DNA of 63,613 bases, counting the filler, from Octopus bimaculoides (Eukaryota), in the NCBI RefSeq assembly GCF_001194135.2. It is 6 parts of 6 records of this genome, joined end to end, with 100 filler letters (N's around TTAATTAATTAA, not from the genome) between each part and the next. Parts side by side here need not be neighbours in the genome. Positions count along the whole stretch, not along the records: positions 1 to 6,054 come from NW_026369870.1; positions 6,155 to 16,802 come from NC_068983.1; 4 more parts are not named here. One strand, 5' to 3'. How positions within the stretch are numbered: the first letter of the stretch is position 1; every line of letters begins with the position of its first letter. Position numbers and translations under genes: made by a program. Under the pieces are notes generated by a model that had not been told where the DNA came from, searched no databases, and saw only the letters and a program-made list of their open reading frames with translations. This document shows positions 1-13,634 of this stretch, piece after piece.

Positions 1-62
1 CTGATATGATATTTTACCGTGTGTTTGTGCATATGTGAATCTATGTGGTGTAGTCTTGTGCG

Positions 63-122
<60 letters not shown>

Positions 123-439
123 ATTGCAGGCATTGTTATGATTCTATGGTTGACCCCATTCTGCTTGGACACCTAATACGTGGTCACCAGTAGCATCTAG
201 CTATGATTTTATAAATGGTAATCGTCACGAGAACGCCGTCACTTATGTATATGCATGTATGTATATATGTACGTACGTACGTATGTATGTATGTATGCAT
301 GCATGTAAACTATGTTTCTATATATCTGTGCATATATGTTTGTATTATATATAGCATGAGCCTTCAGAAATTCTTGGTTGGTGTCTGGTGTGCTTGGAAA
401 GCTATTGGTACTGAGGTAGTTGCAGCTTTCGTGAAGACA

Positions 440-780
440 GGTTTTTATGAGGTCGTAAAGGCCCCCTTTCATCATGAATGACCATGGGATTGCACCGAGG
501 AAGTTACCCTCTGAGGAACAAGTCTGGGCATGGTTGTTTATAGAAGACCAGCGGTGGCCTATGCAGGCCAGCCTCCCCTCTCCACGCCACCTATGTTATC
601 CAAGGAATAGGCAAAGACCGATACATCAGTGACTCATTTCTACGGCTGAGTGAACTGGAGCAACATGAAATAAAATTGTCTTGCCCAAGAACATAACACA
701 ACAGCCCAGTCCAGGAATCGAACTCACTACCTCTTGAGTGTGAGCCCGACGCTCTAACCACTGAGCCATGTGCCTCACAA
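440..780 (-). mobile_element. tRNA-headed SINE, family C (CORE/Meta-like central domain)
   Basis: Reverse complement matches 53150-53470: head GGCTCAGTGGTTAGAGCGTCGGGCTCAC, core TTGGGCAAGACA...TTGCTCCAGTTCACTCAGC. Confidence 0.75.
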
Positions 781-1046
781 AAATGTGACCAACAATCTCC
801 CACAGGAAATTCAAACCTGTATCGTTCAAATCCTGGCTGAGCGCTCTGAACCATGAAGCCGAAGTCAATATGCAGGGAAAAGCAGTGTCCACTTTGGGGA
901 TCTTCTGCGGAAGAAGCTACGAACGCGAGGCCAGGTAAAGCCGACTGCATTGGCGCAATAAGCACATGCAATAGGCATTGCTTACATTTTGCATGGGCAA
1001 TGGTCAGTGACGGTCTTCTTTGGTAACGAATGGACAGCCATCATAT

Positions 1047-1095
<49 letters not shown>

Positions 1096-1967
1096 GTGTG
1101 TGTATTTATATATGTATATATAAATTCAGTTGTCACTAATAGTGACTGAGAGTGTGTGGTAACGCCTACATTGCTAGAAATAAGAGTCAAAGAATAAGTC
1201 CTAGAGTCGATTTGTTCATCTAAGACCCTTCAAGGATTTCTTTACCGAAACATGGCCACAGTCAAATGACTGAAACAAGTAAAAGATAAAAGATTTCTAT
1301 ACTGTCCGATCTTTGAACTGATAATATGTAGCATGCTAGATCACAGCTCTCAAAAGTTTGGTAGATCACATGTACACCGGTACTGACTTTTATCAAGGGC
1401 ATATTTTATAGTTTTTTAAAGGAACACAAAAACATAATTTTTAACGCCAGATATTCACTGATGTAAACGCTACAAAACACGAGAATAGAACTATAAGGAC
1501 CACGGAAAGAAAATAAACGTATGATTCCAACCACAGTATTAAAAAAATCTGAGCTCATTAAAAACGCCGGCTCGTAAAGTTACCTTACATCTGTGTTTAT
1601 CCCAACACTATTAATATCTCTAATAATTGATAATTAACATTGCCAATCCTTGCACTAGATAAATTAGAAAGAAAACAGCAGTTCACTCAGAATTTGTGCA
1701 AACCATAAATAGCAATAAGTTACTATTATCATTGTAATCAATAATATGATGAGTACACAACCACTAATGAGACAATAATTAACGCTGAAGGTTGTGAATC
1801 GATGTCTATTTAAGTCTACAAAGAGAAAAACAATGTGGTTTATTAATGTGTCTTGATTGTAGTTTAACCTGGAACTGCTTTTTACGGCAACATTAATAGA
1901 ACTGCTTAGTAAAAGTACACGTCCTTCCTTTTATATGCGAAATATATTTATTTATATCCAACGTCCG

Positions 1968-2013
<46 letters not shown>

Positions 2014-2785
2014 CATCTAAATAAATAAATACATGCATGTACATATAGGGAGATAAATTCAACAATATCCTAATGGGTAAGGCTATCTATATATATATAT
2101 GTTTGTCCCTAATATTACTAAGCTATTCGATAAATGACTTGTTGTCCTACAAAGTAGCGTTATAACGCCATGCTTTGTATTTTATATAAAATTCTAAAGT
2201 ATACTTCGTTTTTGTATCTGGTTTGCCAGATTCCTTATGTGAATCCGTGTATTGAAGCAAATTTTGTTGTGTCTTGGGAGGGTCAGAACACACTCACCGG
2301 TTCACTTTCCACTCATTTATTCATATATTTATTTTAGAAAGCTCTTTTGTCGATGCCTTTGCGACCGTATCAAAGGATTTTAACTCTGACTGTCAAAATT
2401 GAAACAGTGAGAGTGTTATATTAAGGCATTGTGACTCTCTCCAGACACAACAAAATAAAGTATACTTAATTATTCTTATATCAGCTTTAGCTGTCCAGAC
2501 AGGTTTTCTGTTAGAGTCATTACGAAAATTTACGTATGATCATTAGGTGTAGTAAAAGGGATATATACATTCGACACTGTCGTCTATTTTTAGATCTGCA
2601 GCGATGTCTATAGCCTTTAAATTTGATATAATAGTATAAGTTGAATTCTCATTTCTTGTAGGTGTTGGTAAAATGTCTGGCACGAAGCCTGTTGTAAGCA
2701 TCCTTGACAAAAACATAAAGGATCCTGTTCGTATCAGAGAGAGAGCAGATACAAATATAAACTCCTTAATCGAATATTCTTGTTC

Positions 2786-2821
<36 letters not shown>

Positions 2822-3006
2822 TGATGATGATGATGATAATAATGATAACCATTCATCATCATCATCATCGACATCATCATCATCCTCAACATGGTCATGC
2901 TGGTCATCGTTGTATAGAATTCTTGACAAATATCGTCATTATTTACCATGGTTATCTCGTCGTCGTCGTCATCATCATCATCATCATCATCACCATCATG
3001 TCAATA

Positions 3007-3038
<32 letters not shown>

Positions 3039-3209
3039 TACACACATTGCCGTTTTAATAACCTCTAAACATCGATATCCTCATCCTACTCCTCCACTCC
3101 ACACCACACTGTCTGTATCACCGCCATCATCACTACGTTTCCCATTGCAATTATCTTAATCATCGTCTTTGTTACCGCCAACACTAACACCACCGCCGCC
3201 ACCACCACC

Positions 3210-3267
<58 letters not shown>

Positions 3268-3774
3268 GCAACAGCAACAACCGCTACGATAACGACAGCC
3301 AGGCTTTTATTGAATATAATAAGGAATAACTTGTGATGATGGCTGACGATAACCAATGACATTNNNNNNNNNNNNNNNNNNNNNNNNNNNNNNNNNNNNN
3401 NNNNNNNNNNNNNNNNNNNNNNNNNNNNNNNNNNNNNNNNNNNNNNNNNNNNNNNNNNNNNNNNNNNNNNNNNNNNNNNNNNNNNNNNNNNNNNNNNNNN
3501 NNNNNNNNNNNNNNNNNNNNNNNNNNNNNNNNNNNNNNNNNNNNNNNNNNNNNNNNNNNNNNNNNNNNNNNNNNNNNNNNNNNNNNNNNNNNNNNNNNNN
3601 NNNNNNNNNNNNNNNNNNNNNNNNNNNNNNNNNNNNNNNNNNNNNNNNNNNNNNNNNNNNNNNNNNNNNNNNNNNNNNNNNNNGATGTTGATGGAGATGA
3701 AGACAATAACAGTGGCGAAGACGATAGAAGTGGTTGCGTCGGTGATGGTCTCACAAAAAAAAAAACCCCATCAA

Positions 3775-3876
3775 ATCATTAATTTTTTGCTCGTTTCAGT
3801 CAATGGACTACGGCCACACTGGGGCACCGCCCAGAAGGGTTCAGTAAGTCGAACAGAGCAAGCCCAGTACTTAACT

Positions 3877-3927
<51 letters not shown>

Positions 3928-4020
3928 CTGCTGCTTATTTCATCGGTTCTCTTTTGCCGAACCGTTATGTTACGGGGACATAAAGAAACGAACACTGGTT
4001 ATCAAGCGGAGCTTGGTTAG
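3775..4020 (-). mobile_element. SINE family B, 3' half
   Basis: Reverse complement resembles the 3' half of 7447-7935 (CCCCGTAACATAACGGTTCGGCAAAAGAG...CCCAGTGTGGCCGTAGTC). Confidence 0.7.
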
Positions 4021-4539
4021 GATAAGCAAAACCTCATCCACACATAGATATATACATACATATATATGTAGTAATAATGATAATAACCCTCGGATGGAAT
4101 TTATAAGTACTTTAATGCATCACTACGCGCGTTTCCACAAATCACATGTTTCTTACGATAATAGTCCGTAGAATATGAGCGTTTAGATGCATATTCAAAA
4201 CGTTTCCTGTAAGCGAACTTAAAGGATACATATATATATATGTATACATATACGAAGGGCTTCTTTCAGTTTTCTGTCCACTAAATCTACTCACAAGGAT
4301 TTGGTCACACCAGAGGCCATAATAGAAGACACTTATTCTAGATGCTGAACGGTGGAACCGAACCCAAAACTGAATGGCTGAGAAGCATGCTTATTAACCA
4401 TGTGTGTGTGTTGAGTGACTCAAGGCTAGGTAGTTTCGGACTTTGAGTCACTCTGTTGCTTCTGCTAAATATTAATAGAAAAAAAACATCAATAAATTCA
4501 TATTTTGAGTCCTTTTTTTCGAGTTAGCAGCAACATACT

Positions 4540-4581
<42 letters not shown>

Positions 4582-5706
4582 CATCGTCAGACCAGAATAT
4601 CATTTATCTGTACCATTTGTCGTTGTATATAGTTGATAAATTGACGTTTACCACACTTGTAAATATCGATAAATCATACACCAATTGAAACACCTTAACG
4701 TGTTGGTATAATGATGAATCGATGCCGTTTTGTCTATGTCACAGACTGAACATTCAGCTATGACTGAACGTTGGCGATCGCATTCGGAAAGGCATGTAAG
4801 TCACAGCAGCACATCATTGGCTATCTCTCTGTTTTAGACGCATTCGAATTTGATAAAATGAGGTTGGTTGCTGCTGCTGCTGCCGCTGTTGCTGATGTGA
4901 TGGGGTGTTAGAGTCTCGGTGCTGAAATGTTGATGAGATTTGATTGTGGTGGTGGTGGTGGCGGAGGTAGCGGTGGTATCGGTGGTGGTAATGGTGTCAG
5001 TGTTGGCGGCGGTGGCAGTTTCTCTTTGTTGATGGCGGTCTTGTGAAAGTTGTAAGTGGAATTAATATTGAAATGTAATGGTGTCAGTGTTGGCGGCGGT
5101 GGCAGTTTCTCTTTGTTGATGGCGGTCTTGTGAAANNNNNNNNNNNNNNNNNNNNNNNNNNNNNNNNNNNNNNNNNNNNNNNNNNNNNNNNNNNNNNNNN
5201 NNNNNNNNNNNNNNNNNNNNNNNNNNNNNNNNNNNNNNNNNNNNNNNNNNNNNNNNNNNNNNNNNNNNNNNNNNNNNNNNNNNNNNNNNNNNNNNNNGGT
5301 GGTGGTGGTGGTGATGCAATAAAGGTGACAGTAATAGTTTCGTTGCGGCGATGGCGATCGCGTGATAGTCGTAGTAATTATTATGTTTTAGTTACTGATA
5401 ATGTGACGACGACGATGCTGATGATGATGATGATGATGGTGACGATGGTGACGACGACGACGACGAGGAGGAGGAGGAGGAGGAGGAGATTGGTAGTGAT
5501 GTGCTGGGGCTGGTAATGTAACGGTGGTGGTTCTACTAATTATTGTTGTGTTGTAGTCATGTTCAGATTCTGCTGATCATGGTTGATACTGTTGTTATTG
5601 TTGCTGCGGCTGCTGTTGTTGTTGTTGTTGTTGTTGCAGTTGATGCTAATTAAACAAGGAACGTGTTTCTGTATCGTTGTTATTATTATTAATAATGACC
5701 TTGTTG

Positions 5707-6054
5707 AGGTGGCAAGCTGGTCAAAGCACTTAGCGGCATTCCGTCCGTCTTTACGTTCTAAGTTCAAATTCTGCCGAGATCGACTTTGCCTTTCATCCTT
5801 TTGGGGGTCGATACAAGAAATACCGGTTGAGTACTGAGGTCGGCGTAATCGACTTACCGCCTTCTCGAAGTCACTGTCCTCGTGCCAAAATTTCAAGTGT
5901 GGCAGCGAATTGGTTGAATCGTTGGCATGCCGGGAAAACTGTCAAGCGGCATTTCGTCCATCTTTATGCTCTGAGTTCAAATTCCGCCGAGGTCGACTTT
6001 GCCTTTTATCCAACACTAGGGGTTGATATAATTGACTTGACCTCCCCCACCTCT
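5707..6054 (+). mobile_element. Two tandem SINE family A copies
   Basis: Each has GGC..GCTGG...TTAGCGGCATT...GTTCAAATTC.GCCGAG.TCGACTTTGCCTTT.ATCC....GGGGT.GAT, which recurs many times in the window. Confidence 0.8.
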
Positions 6055-6154
6055 NNNNNNNNNNNNNNNNNNNNNNNNNNNNNNNNNNNNNNNNNNNNTT
6101 AATTAATTAANNNNNNNNNNNNNNNNNNNNNNNNNNNNNNNNNNNNNNNNNNNN

Positions 6155-6222
<68 letters not shown>

Positions 6223-6350
6223 TATAAGGCGCGAAATTGTAAAGATCTTTTGGACGTTGACTGATGAGGAATATGCTTCGAATTTTCTATTTTGTTGTTT
6301 TTGTAATTTCCGTTGTGTTTTTGTTAAATTTTTGAAGTGTGTGCGTGTGT

Positions 6351-6656
6351 GTAAAGTCTATTTGTCAACGCAAGGTGACAGTCCTACGTAGGATGATGTT
6401 ACTACTTTTTAGCCCCAGGAGTGGCTGCTATCTCTAGCCGGCGGTTGTCCTGTACCGACGACGGAAAATTACCCAGAAACCATTGGTCTGTTAGTATTGC
6501 TACGACTAGAAAAGGGACAGTAGACTCCCTTGCTCACAGTATACGGACACAGATTATGTGTCGGTAGCCAGCTGGAAAAGATGTTTTCCTGGGGCTGAAA
6601 AGTAGTAACATCGTCCTCTGTATGACTGCCACCTTGCGTTGGCAAATAGACTTTAC
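6351..6656. mobile_element. MITE-like foldback element with about 70-bp terminal inverted repeats
   Basis: Left GTAAAGTCTATTTGTCAACGCAAGGTGACAGTCC...TTAGCCCCAGGA. Right end in reverse complement GTAAAGTCTATTTGCCAACGCAAGGTGGCAGTCA...TCAGCCCCAGGA. No target-site duplication identified. Confidence 0.75.
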
Positions 6657-6704
6657 GATACAGTGCTGTTACTACATAGTTCCCGCTCAGTGATTTAAAA
6701 CTAG

Positions 6705-6785
<81 letters not shown>

Positions 6786-7066
6786 CGACAGAGGCAGTAA
6801 TAATGCCCAGAGTGCCCACTTGAACATGGATGTTCTATTAGAACAAGCTATACTGAGGTAGATACCATGAGAGAAACTCTCATATTGGCTTTCAGTGCAA
6901 AATGCACTCTTGTATATATCACTAGCTGGAACATAAATACCCGACATCTCCAGCCCTCTATGTATGTATGTATGTATGTATGTATGTATGTATGTATGTA
7001 TGTATGTATGTATGTATGTATGTATGTACGTACGTATGTATGTATGTATGTATGTATGTATGTATG

Positions 7067-7100
<34 letters not shown>

Positions 7101-7446
7101 TGTATATGGGTATGTATAACTTAATTCAAAACCTTTTTAGAAAGAAAGTTTTAAATTTTGAAATTCAGTTCAAAAGTCAATGATTTTTACGTGCAGTTCG
7201 AAAAATCGATGTGAAAGTGAAGGTTTTTAATACAGCATTCATTTGCCGAAGGCAGCTTAGTTTAGTAGTTATTCAAATATTATTTTAGATTCGTATCTCT
7301 TTGCCGAGGAAATCTTTGATTTTTTAGGGTTTAACCCACTTTGTACGTGCAGAAATTAGATTTCCTTAGAGCAGGCATGGGTAACCTTTTTCACGAATGA
7401 ATCTGCATGAGACACGACTCATCATCATTACACAAAAAAATACAAT

Positions 7447-7935
7447 AGGCGCATGTGTGGCTGTGAAGTAAGAAGTTTGCTTCCCAACCGCACGATTCCG
7501 AGTTCAGTTCCACTGCGTGGCACTTTAGGCAAGTGTTTTCTGTACTCAAACCGATCAAAGCCGTGTGAGTGGATTTAGTAGAAGGAAACTGAAAGAACCT
7601 CTTGTGTGTGTGTGTGTGTGTGTCTGTCTGTCTGTCTGTGTCAGTGTGTGTGTCTGTCTGTGTGTGTCAGTGTGCGCGTGCGCGTGCTTGTATGTGCATA
7701 TATATTTATGCGTGTTTGTGTCTGCGCCTGTATTTATCTCACCATCACCGCTTGACAACAGATGCTGGTGTGTTTACGTTCCCGTGTCTCAGCGGTTCGG
7801 CAAAAGAGAACGATAGAATAAGTACTAGGCTTTAAAGAAAAGTCCTGGGGTTGATTTGTTCAACTTTAAAAAAAACCCTCGATGTGGTGCTCCAGCATGG
7901 CCGCACTCAACTGACTGAAACAGGTAAAAGATTAA
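7447..7935 (+). mobile_element. SINE family B, near full length, with internal (TG/TC)n microsatellite
   Basis: tRNA-like head GGCGCATGTGTGGCTGTG..AAG...GAGTTCAGTTCCACTG, internal microsatellite, tail ATAAGTACTAGG...CTGGGGTTGAT...CAGCATGGCCGCA..CAACTGACTGAAACAGGTAAAAG. More than 10 related copies or fragments in the window. Confidence 0.85.
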
Positions 7936-8789
7936 AAGAGAATTCAAAGTAATTTTTCGTTAGGCGTGCCATTTAGAATGTCCTGAGGCCGCAGATTTCC
8001 CTATGACTACCCCAGAACAACTAGTAGTTCCGTCTTCGTCTTGCATAGACTCTTTGAAGAATGGAAGTTGCCAGGACGCTGTCACGCATAAAAATCTGGT
8101 CCAGATAGAAAATAAAAATACCTTCGTTGTCTATACAACACGTCCGGTTCATTCACATGTCGGAGAATAAAAGAGACAGAGAGACAGACGACTGGACAGA
8201 CAGACGTGCAGACGGACAGACACGCTGAGATAGATGAAAAGAACGAGGGGGTAATTTTCATGTCATAACTATATTAATTCTATACATTAAAAACATAATT
8301 AACTTACAACATATTTTATTAAAAAACAACATTTGCTCAACTCCATTGATTACAATCAATTTTAGTTTAACCAGTTGGAATATTTAAACATTAAACTTCA
8401 CCAAAAAGTTTGAAAAATGTCAATCGTGTAATATGACGAGGTTTGGAATAAGTCGAAACGAGACGATCGGGCGCGGCTGTTTGGACGCTGACTGGACATT
8501 CAGTCTGCTTTGCCGACAGTACTTTTTGGCACTGGAGGTAAACACACACATGCGCATGCACACGCAGAAATATACACATACACATAGAAATGTGCTCACA
8601 CACATAAACACAGAAAGAGAGAGAGAGACAAAAGAAAAGAATGAGAGAAACATTAAAATGTTTGATGTCATATAAGTCATCATTGAATCAGCAATGCCAA
8701 ATAGGCGGCGCCGAAACAGCACTGCTAAAAAGTTTCGTAATCACAATAAATCAACTGAATGAATAAACCATAGTACACAAAGCGATGCA

Positions 8790-9272
8790 TTTTCTTTTCT
8801 TCTTTCCTTCTTTTCGTCTTTCTTTCGTTCCTACTTTCCTGGCTGCCGTTCCTTCCTTCCTTCCTTCCTTCCTTCCTTCCTTCCTTCCTTCTTTCCTTCC
8901 TTCTTTCCTTCCTTCCTTCTTTCCTTCCTTCCTTCTTTCCTTCCTTCCTTCTTTCCTTCCTTCCGTATTTCTTTCTTTCTTTCGTTCTACCTTCCTGCCT
9001 TCCTCCCTTCCTTCTTTTGTTTCTTCCTGCCTTGCTTTCTTTCTTCCAACCTTTTTTTCTTTCTTCCTACCTTTCCTTCTTTCTTTCTTTCCTTCTTTCC
9101 TTCTTTCCTTCTTTCTTTCTTTCTTTCTTTCTTCCTTCCTTTCCTTCTCCCTTCCTTCCTCCTTTTCTTTCCTTCTGTTTTCCTTCCTTCCTTTCTCTCT
9201 TTCTTTCTTTTTTCTTTCTTCCTATCTTTCTTTCTTCTTACCTTTCTTTTTTTTCATTCTTCCTTCCTTCCT
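8790..9272. repeat. About 480-bp polypyrimidine (CTTC/CTTT)n tract
   Basis: Almost purely C/T on the + strand. It is the source of the spurious poly-(FLPS) ORFs. Confidence 0.95.
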
Positions 9273-10381
9273 TAGGTCTCAAACAGTAATGCATAATACA
9301 ATCGATGGTAGACAACTGGACAAAATGTCTTGCGGTACATTCTTAGACCAAAACTTTCGGGGATCGTCTTTACTTTATTTTCATCTGTTGTCGATAAAAT
9401 GATACCTGTTAACTGCGACCGTCTTACATAAGTTCGCTTTTTCCCCCCTTTCAAATTGTATGACCTTGTTCTACTGTTAAATATGAATGTTTTATTTTTT
9501 TTACTTTTGTATTTGTGAAAATGATTAATTTCCTATTTGTGTCTTTAATTATCGTCATCTGTAAAACATAGTGGAAGTGATATTTCTAAATCTAGAAACT
9601 AATGTTAGTGTTATCTTTTAATTCTATTTACTTCGTACCATACGAAATCATAGGCAGGAGAACGGAGACAAAATGGATCGATGTCGCCTATTTCTTAACT
9701 TCGTTTTCTCATTTTGAATTATTTCAAATTTAGATTCAAGAATGTAATTAAAAATATGTATAAAAAAAAAGAAAAAAAAGAAAAGAAAATATCACCGATA
9801 TCTCAGTTCTATTCACCCTNNNNNNNNNNNNNNNNNNNNNNNNNNNNNNNNNNNNNNNNNNNNNNNNNNNNNNNNNNNNNNNNNNNNNNNNNNNNNNNNN
9901 NNNNNNNNNNNNNNNNNNNNNNNNNNNNNNNNNNNNNNNNNNNNNNNNNNNNNNNNNNNNNNNNNNNNNNNNNNNNNNNNNNNNNNNNNNNNNNNNNNNN
10001 NNNNNNNNNNNNNNNNNNNNNNNNNNNNNNNNNNNNNNNNNNNNNNNNNNNNNNNNNNNNNNNNNNNNNNNNNNNNNNNNNNNNNNNNNNNNNNNNNNNN
10101 NNNNNNNNNNNNNNNNNNNNNNNNNNNNNNNNNNNNNNNNNNNNNNNNNNNNNNNNNNNNNNNNNNNNNNNNNNNNNNNNNNNNNNNNNNNNNNNNNNNN
10201 NNNNNNNNNNNNNNNNNNNNNNNNNNNNNNNNNNNNNNNNNNNNNNNNNNNNNNNNNNNNNNNNNNNNNNNNNNNNNNNNNNNNNNNNNNNNNNNNNNNN
10301 NNNNNNNNNNNNNNNNNNNNNNNNNNNNNNNNNNNNNNNNNNNNNNNNNNNNNNNNNNNNNNNNNNNNNNNNNNNNNNNNN

Positions 10382-10445
<64 letters not shown>

Positions 10446-10872
10446 ATGTTTACACATACACACAAAATAAATGAAAATGAACGGACTGACAATTCTATAC
10501 ATGCTACAAAAGTGCCAATAACATGGTAATATGTCTGCAGTTAGTATATTACACCTGTAGCATGTATTGAACTTTCATTGTCTCTTCATCTTCGTTTATT
10601 ATATTTCTTCACCGCATGCCGCGCGTAACTAATGTCGTTACTGAGGTCTTAGTTGCAGATTAACTGATATCATTAAACAATACTGCTTATTTGGATGACG
10701 AAATGGCGATATAATTTATTAGTATTCCTATAGGGTGCACCGCTAGTCAGTTACTTGCTAGAAGGTACCGAGGTAATAATCACAATTAACAAGATCCAAG
10801 CAAATTGATAGAAAACATGGTAAATTATCTACAAGCACTCGAGTACACTGAGTCCTCAACTTAGTTCCACAC

Positions 10873-10931
<59 letters not shown>

Positions 10932-11352
10932 TGCACACGCACACACACATATATATATGGATCAAAATAGTTTGATTCAAATTCGTTGGTACTCAGAGAG
11001 TTTCAAGCGTGATGCTAATCTTCAGCCATTTTGAGTTTGAATGAAAGAAGTTGATTGTTATTACCGTAAGGTGGGTTGCGATTGGTCGAGGAAGGTCACG
11101 TGATGTCGTGGTTTGATGTTGGTATAACCGTTTATTAGTGACGACAGTTAGTTGGAAAACACTGCATGGTGAACAGGAAATCGACCGCGTAGTGGACAGG
11201 AAATCGGTCAGGTTGTTGGAGGGAGGTAGGAAGGGGCGGTATGCGCAAGTATAGTTGTATGTGTGGGTGTGTGGACGCGCTTATATTGTTTTGCGTATGT
11301 GTCTGTATTAATGCGAGCGTGCGCATCTGTACATGGGCGTGCACGCACACAT

Positions 11353-11384
<32 letters not shown>

Positions 11385-13361
11385 GTGTGAACGGATATGT
11401 ACGCGCGCACACACACACATGCATGCATATGCACGCACACACACACACACACACATATCCACACATGCGTATTCATTCATATGTACAATGCATGCATACA
11501 TGCACATATCCATGTTAGTGTGCGCATGCAGATGCTCATCCGCACGCGCGCATGCATGAGTATACATGCGCATAACAAGCGTTGGGGTTGGTAAGCGTTG
11601 GGAATTAGTAAGTGTTGAGGATTGGCATGCATTGGGGATTGGTAAGCGTTGAGGATCGGTAATTGGCAGTCATGCTCATGGGGTTGGTTGGCGAGGTGAC
11701 CTTGGTGCAGAGAAGCAGCTGGTACTAAGGTGGTATTATTACCAATCCTCAACATCTGCTTCTTGTTCTTTGGCCTTGAGGCTTCCATGTCTCATTCGTA
11801 GCAAAATCTCTCTGACGGAGATGCAATACACGACATACGAACTTGCAAACCCCAGAAAGTCGATATCTAACATGAAAAGAGGTAGCGCCCAGCAAATACT
11901 ATACATAGAGAAAATAATATTTAATATTATCTTTGCAAAATCTATCTTCCCTAAACAGTTCCACCTTAAAACTTACTTTTTATCAAAGTTTTCAGCATTA
12001 AACAAATAAACGAACTTTCAACCGGAATGTTGAGAATTTATTAATCTCTCAGAAAAGGAGGTAGGATAAATTTCTATTTCATTCTATCAAGCACAGAAAA
12101 ATGTTTATAGATGTTACACGTTTAAATGTTAGTTGTTAGGTGATATATGTGGGCTATGTTGTGACATTGAGTGTAGGACAAAATCCCCCTAGGACAAAAC
12201 CCCTAGGACAAAAGCCCCCGTAGTTAATGTGTAAAACTGGACAAAACACCCTCGGTTATATTTTTCGGTTATTTTTTTTNNNNNNNNNNNNNNNNNNNNN
12301 NNNNNNNNNNNNNNNNNNNNNNNNNNNNNNNNNNNNNNNNNNNNNNNNNNNNNNNNNNNNNNNNNNNNNNNNNNNNNNNNNNNNNNNNNNNNNNNNNNNN
12401 NNNNNNNNNNNNNNNNNNNNNNNNNNNNNNNNNNNNNNNNNNNNNNNNNNNNNNNNNNNNNNNNNNNNNNNNNNNNNNNNNNNNNNNNNNNNNNNNNNNN
12501 NNNNNNNNNNNNNNNNNNNNNNNNNNNNNNNNNNNNNNNNNNNNNNNNNNNNNNNNNNNNNNNNNNNNNNNNNNNNNNNNNNNNNNNNNNNNNNNNNNNN
12601 NNNNNNNNNNNNNNNNNNNNNNNNNNNNNNNNNNNNNNNNNNNNNNNNNNNNNNNNNNNNNNNNNNNNNNNNNNNNNNNNNNNNNNNNNNNNNNNNNNNN
12701 NNNNNNNNNNNNNNNNNNNNNNNNNNNNNNNNNNNNNNNNNNNNNNNNNNNNNNNNNNNNNNNNNNNNNNNNNNNNNNNNNNNNNNNNNNNNNNNNNNNN
12801 NNNNNNNNNNNNNNNNNNNNNNNNNNNNNNNNNNNNNNNNNNNNNNNNNNNNNNNNNNNNNNNNNNNNNNNNNNNNNNNNNNNNNNNNNNNNNNNNNNNN
12901 NNNNNNNNNNNNNNNNNNNNNNNNNNNNNNNNNNNNNNNNNNNNNNNNNNNNNNNNNNNNNNNNNNNNNNNNNNNNNNNNNNNNNNNNNNNNNNNNNNNN
13001 NNNNNNNNNNNNNNNNNNNNNNNNNNNNTATATATATATATACTGTTGTGTCTGGGGAGAGTCATTTTCTTATTGTGCCTTAAAATTTAACACACTCATC
13101 GGTAAAATTTCCACTTATTTTTCTTTTATTTTTCTAAAATTTTCGTTGCGTCTTTCAACCTTATCAATAGTCTTGACTGTCCATTATTTACGCTGCGTTC
13201 TTTTTTGCTCTTGTTTGTTTTTGCGCATGTGTGTCTCAGTGTGTGTGTATGTATGCATGCATGTTTGTGTGCATGTGTGTGTATGTATGTATGTCTGTGT
13301 GTGCATATGTATATATGTATGTATGTGTGTGTATGCATGTATGTATGTATGTGTATGCGTT

Positions 13362-13634
13362 TGCATTAACTGCAGAAAAAGAAATTTAGTTTACAGCATA
13401 AAATGCATGGAAGGTGCTTGTAAAGACCTGAATATGACATACATAGCAGAAACATCTAGGAGCATTGTGGAACGACTAAACGAACATCTGAGACAATATG
13501 ACGACAAAAAACAGTCCTCCATACTCTACCAACATGCCAAAGGCCAGCATGGAGGCAACTTGGGTCAACTTGACATCCGCATCTTATCCAAGCACCCAAA
13601 AGACCCAACTCTAAGACAAATACAGGAGTACGTC
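13362..13634 (+). mobile_element. Penelope-like element GIY-YIG endonuclease fragment
   Basis: CRKRNLVYSIKCMEGACKDLNMTYIAETSRSIVERLNEHLRQ...SSILYQHAKGQH...DIRIL fits N(L/V)VY.I.C..C...YIGET.R....R..EH...S....H...H. Truncated by an N gap. Confidence 0.85.

Noticed and set aside
2662-2790. Possible exon GVGKMSGTKPVVSILDK after ttcttgtag
   Set aside because: No recognisable family and no SLC6 motif, and it runs into microsatellite.
6099-6110. TTAATTAATTAA islands centred in 100-nt N blocks (also near 16847, 36499, 56577, 62073)
   Set aside because: An identical all-frame-stop linker inside fixed-size gaps is a scaffolding artefact.
7364-7400. hAT terminus CCTTAGAG|CAGGCATGGGTAACC; also GGACAA..CCCC repeats at 12175-12250 and 16985-17080
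   Set aside because: These are probably DNA-element ends, but too short and unpaired to delimit or classify.
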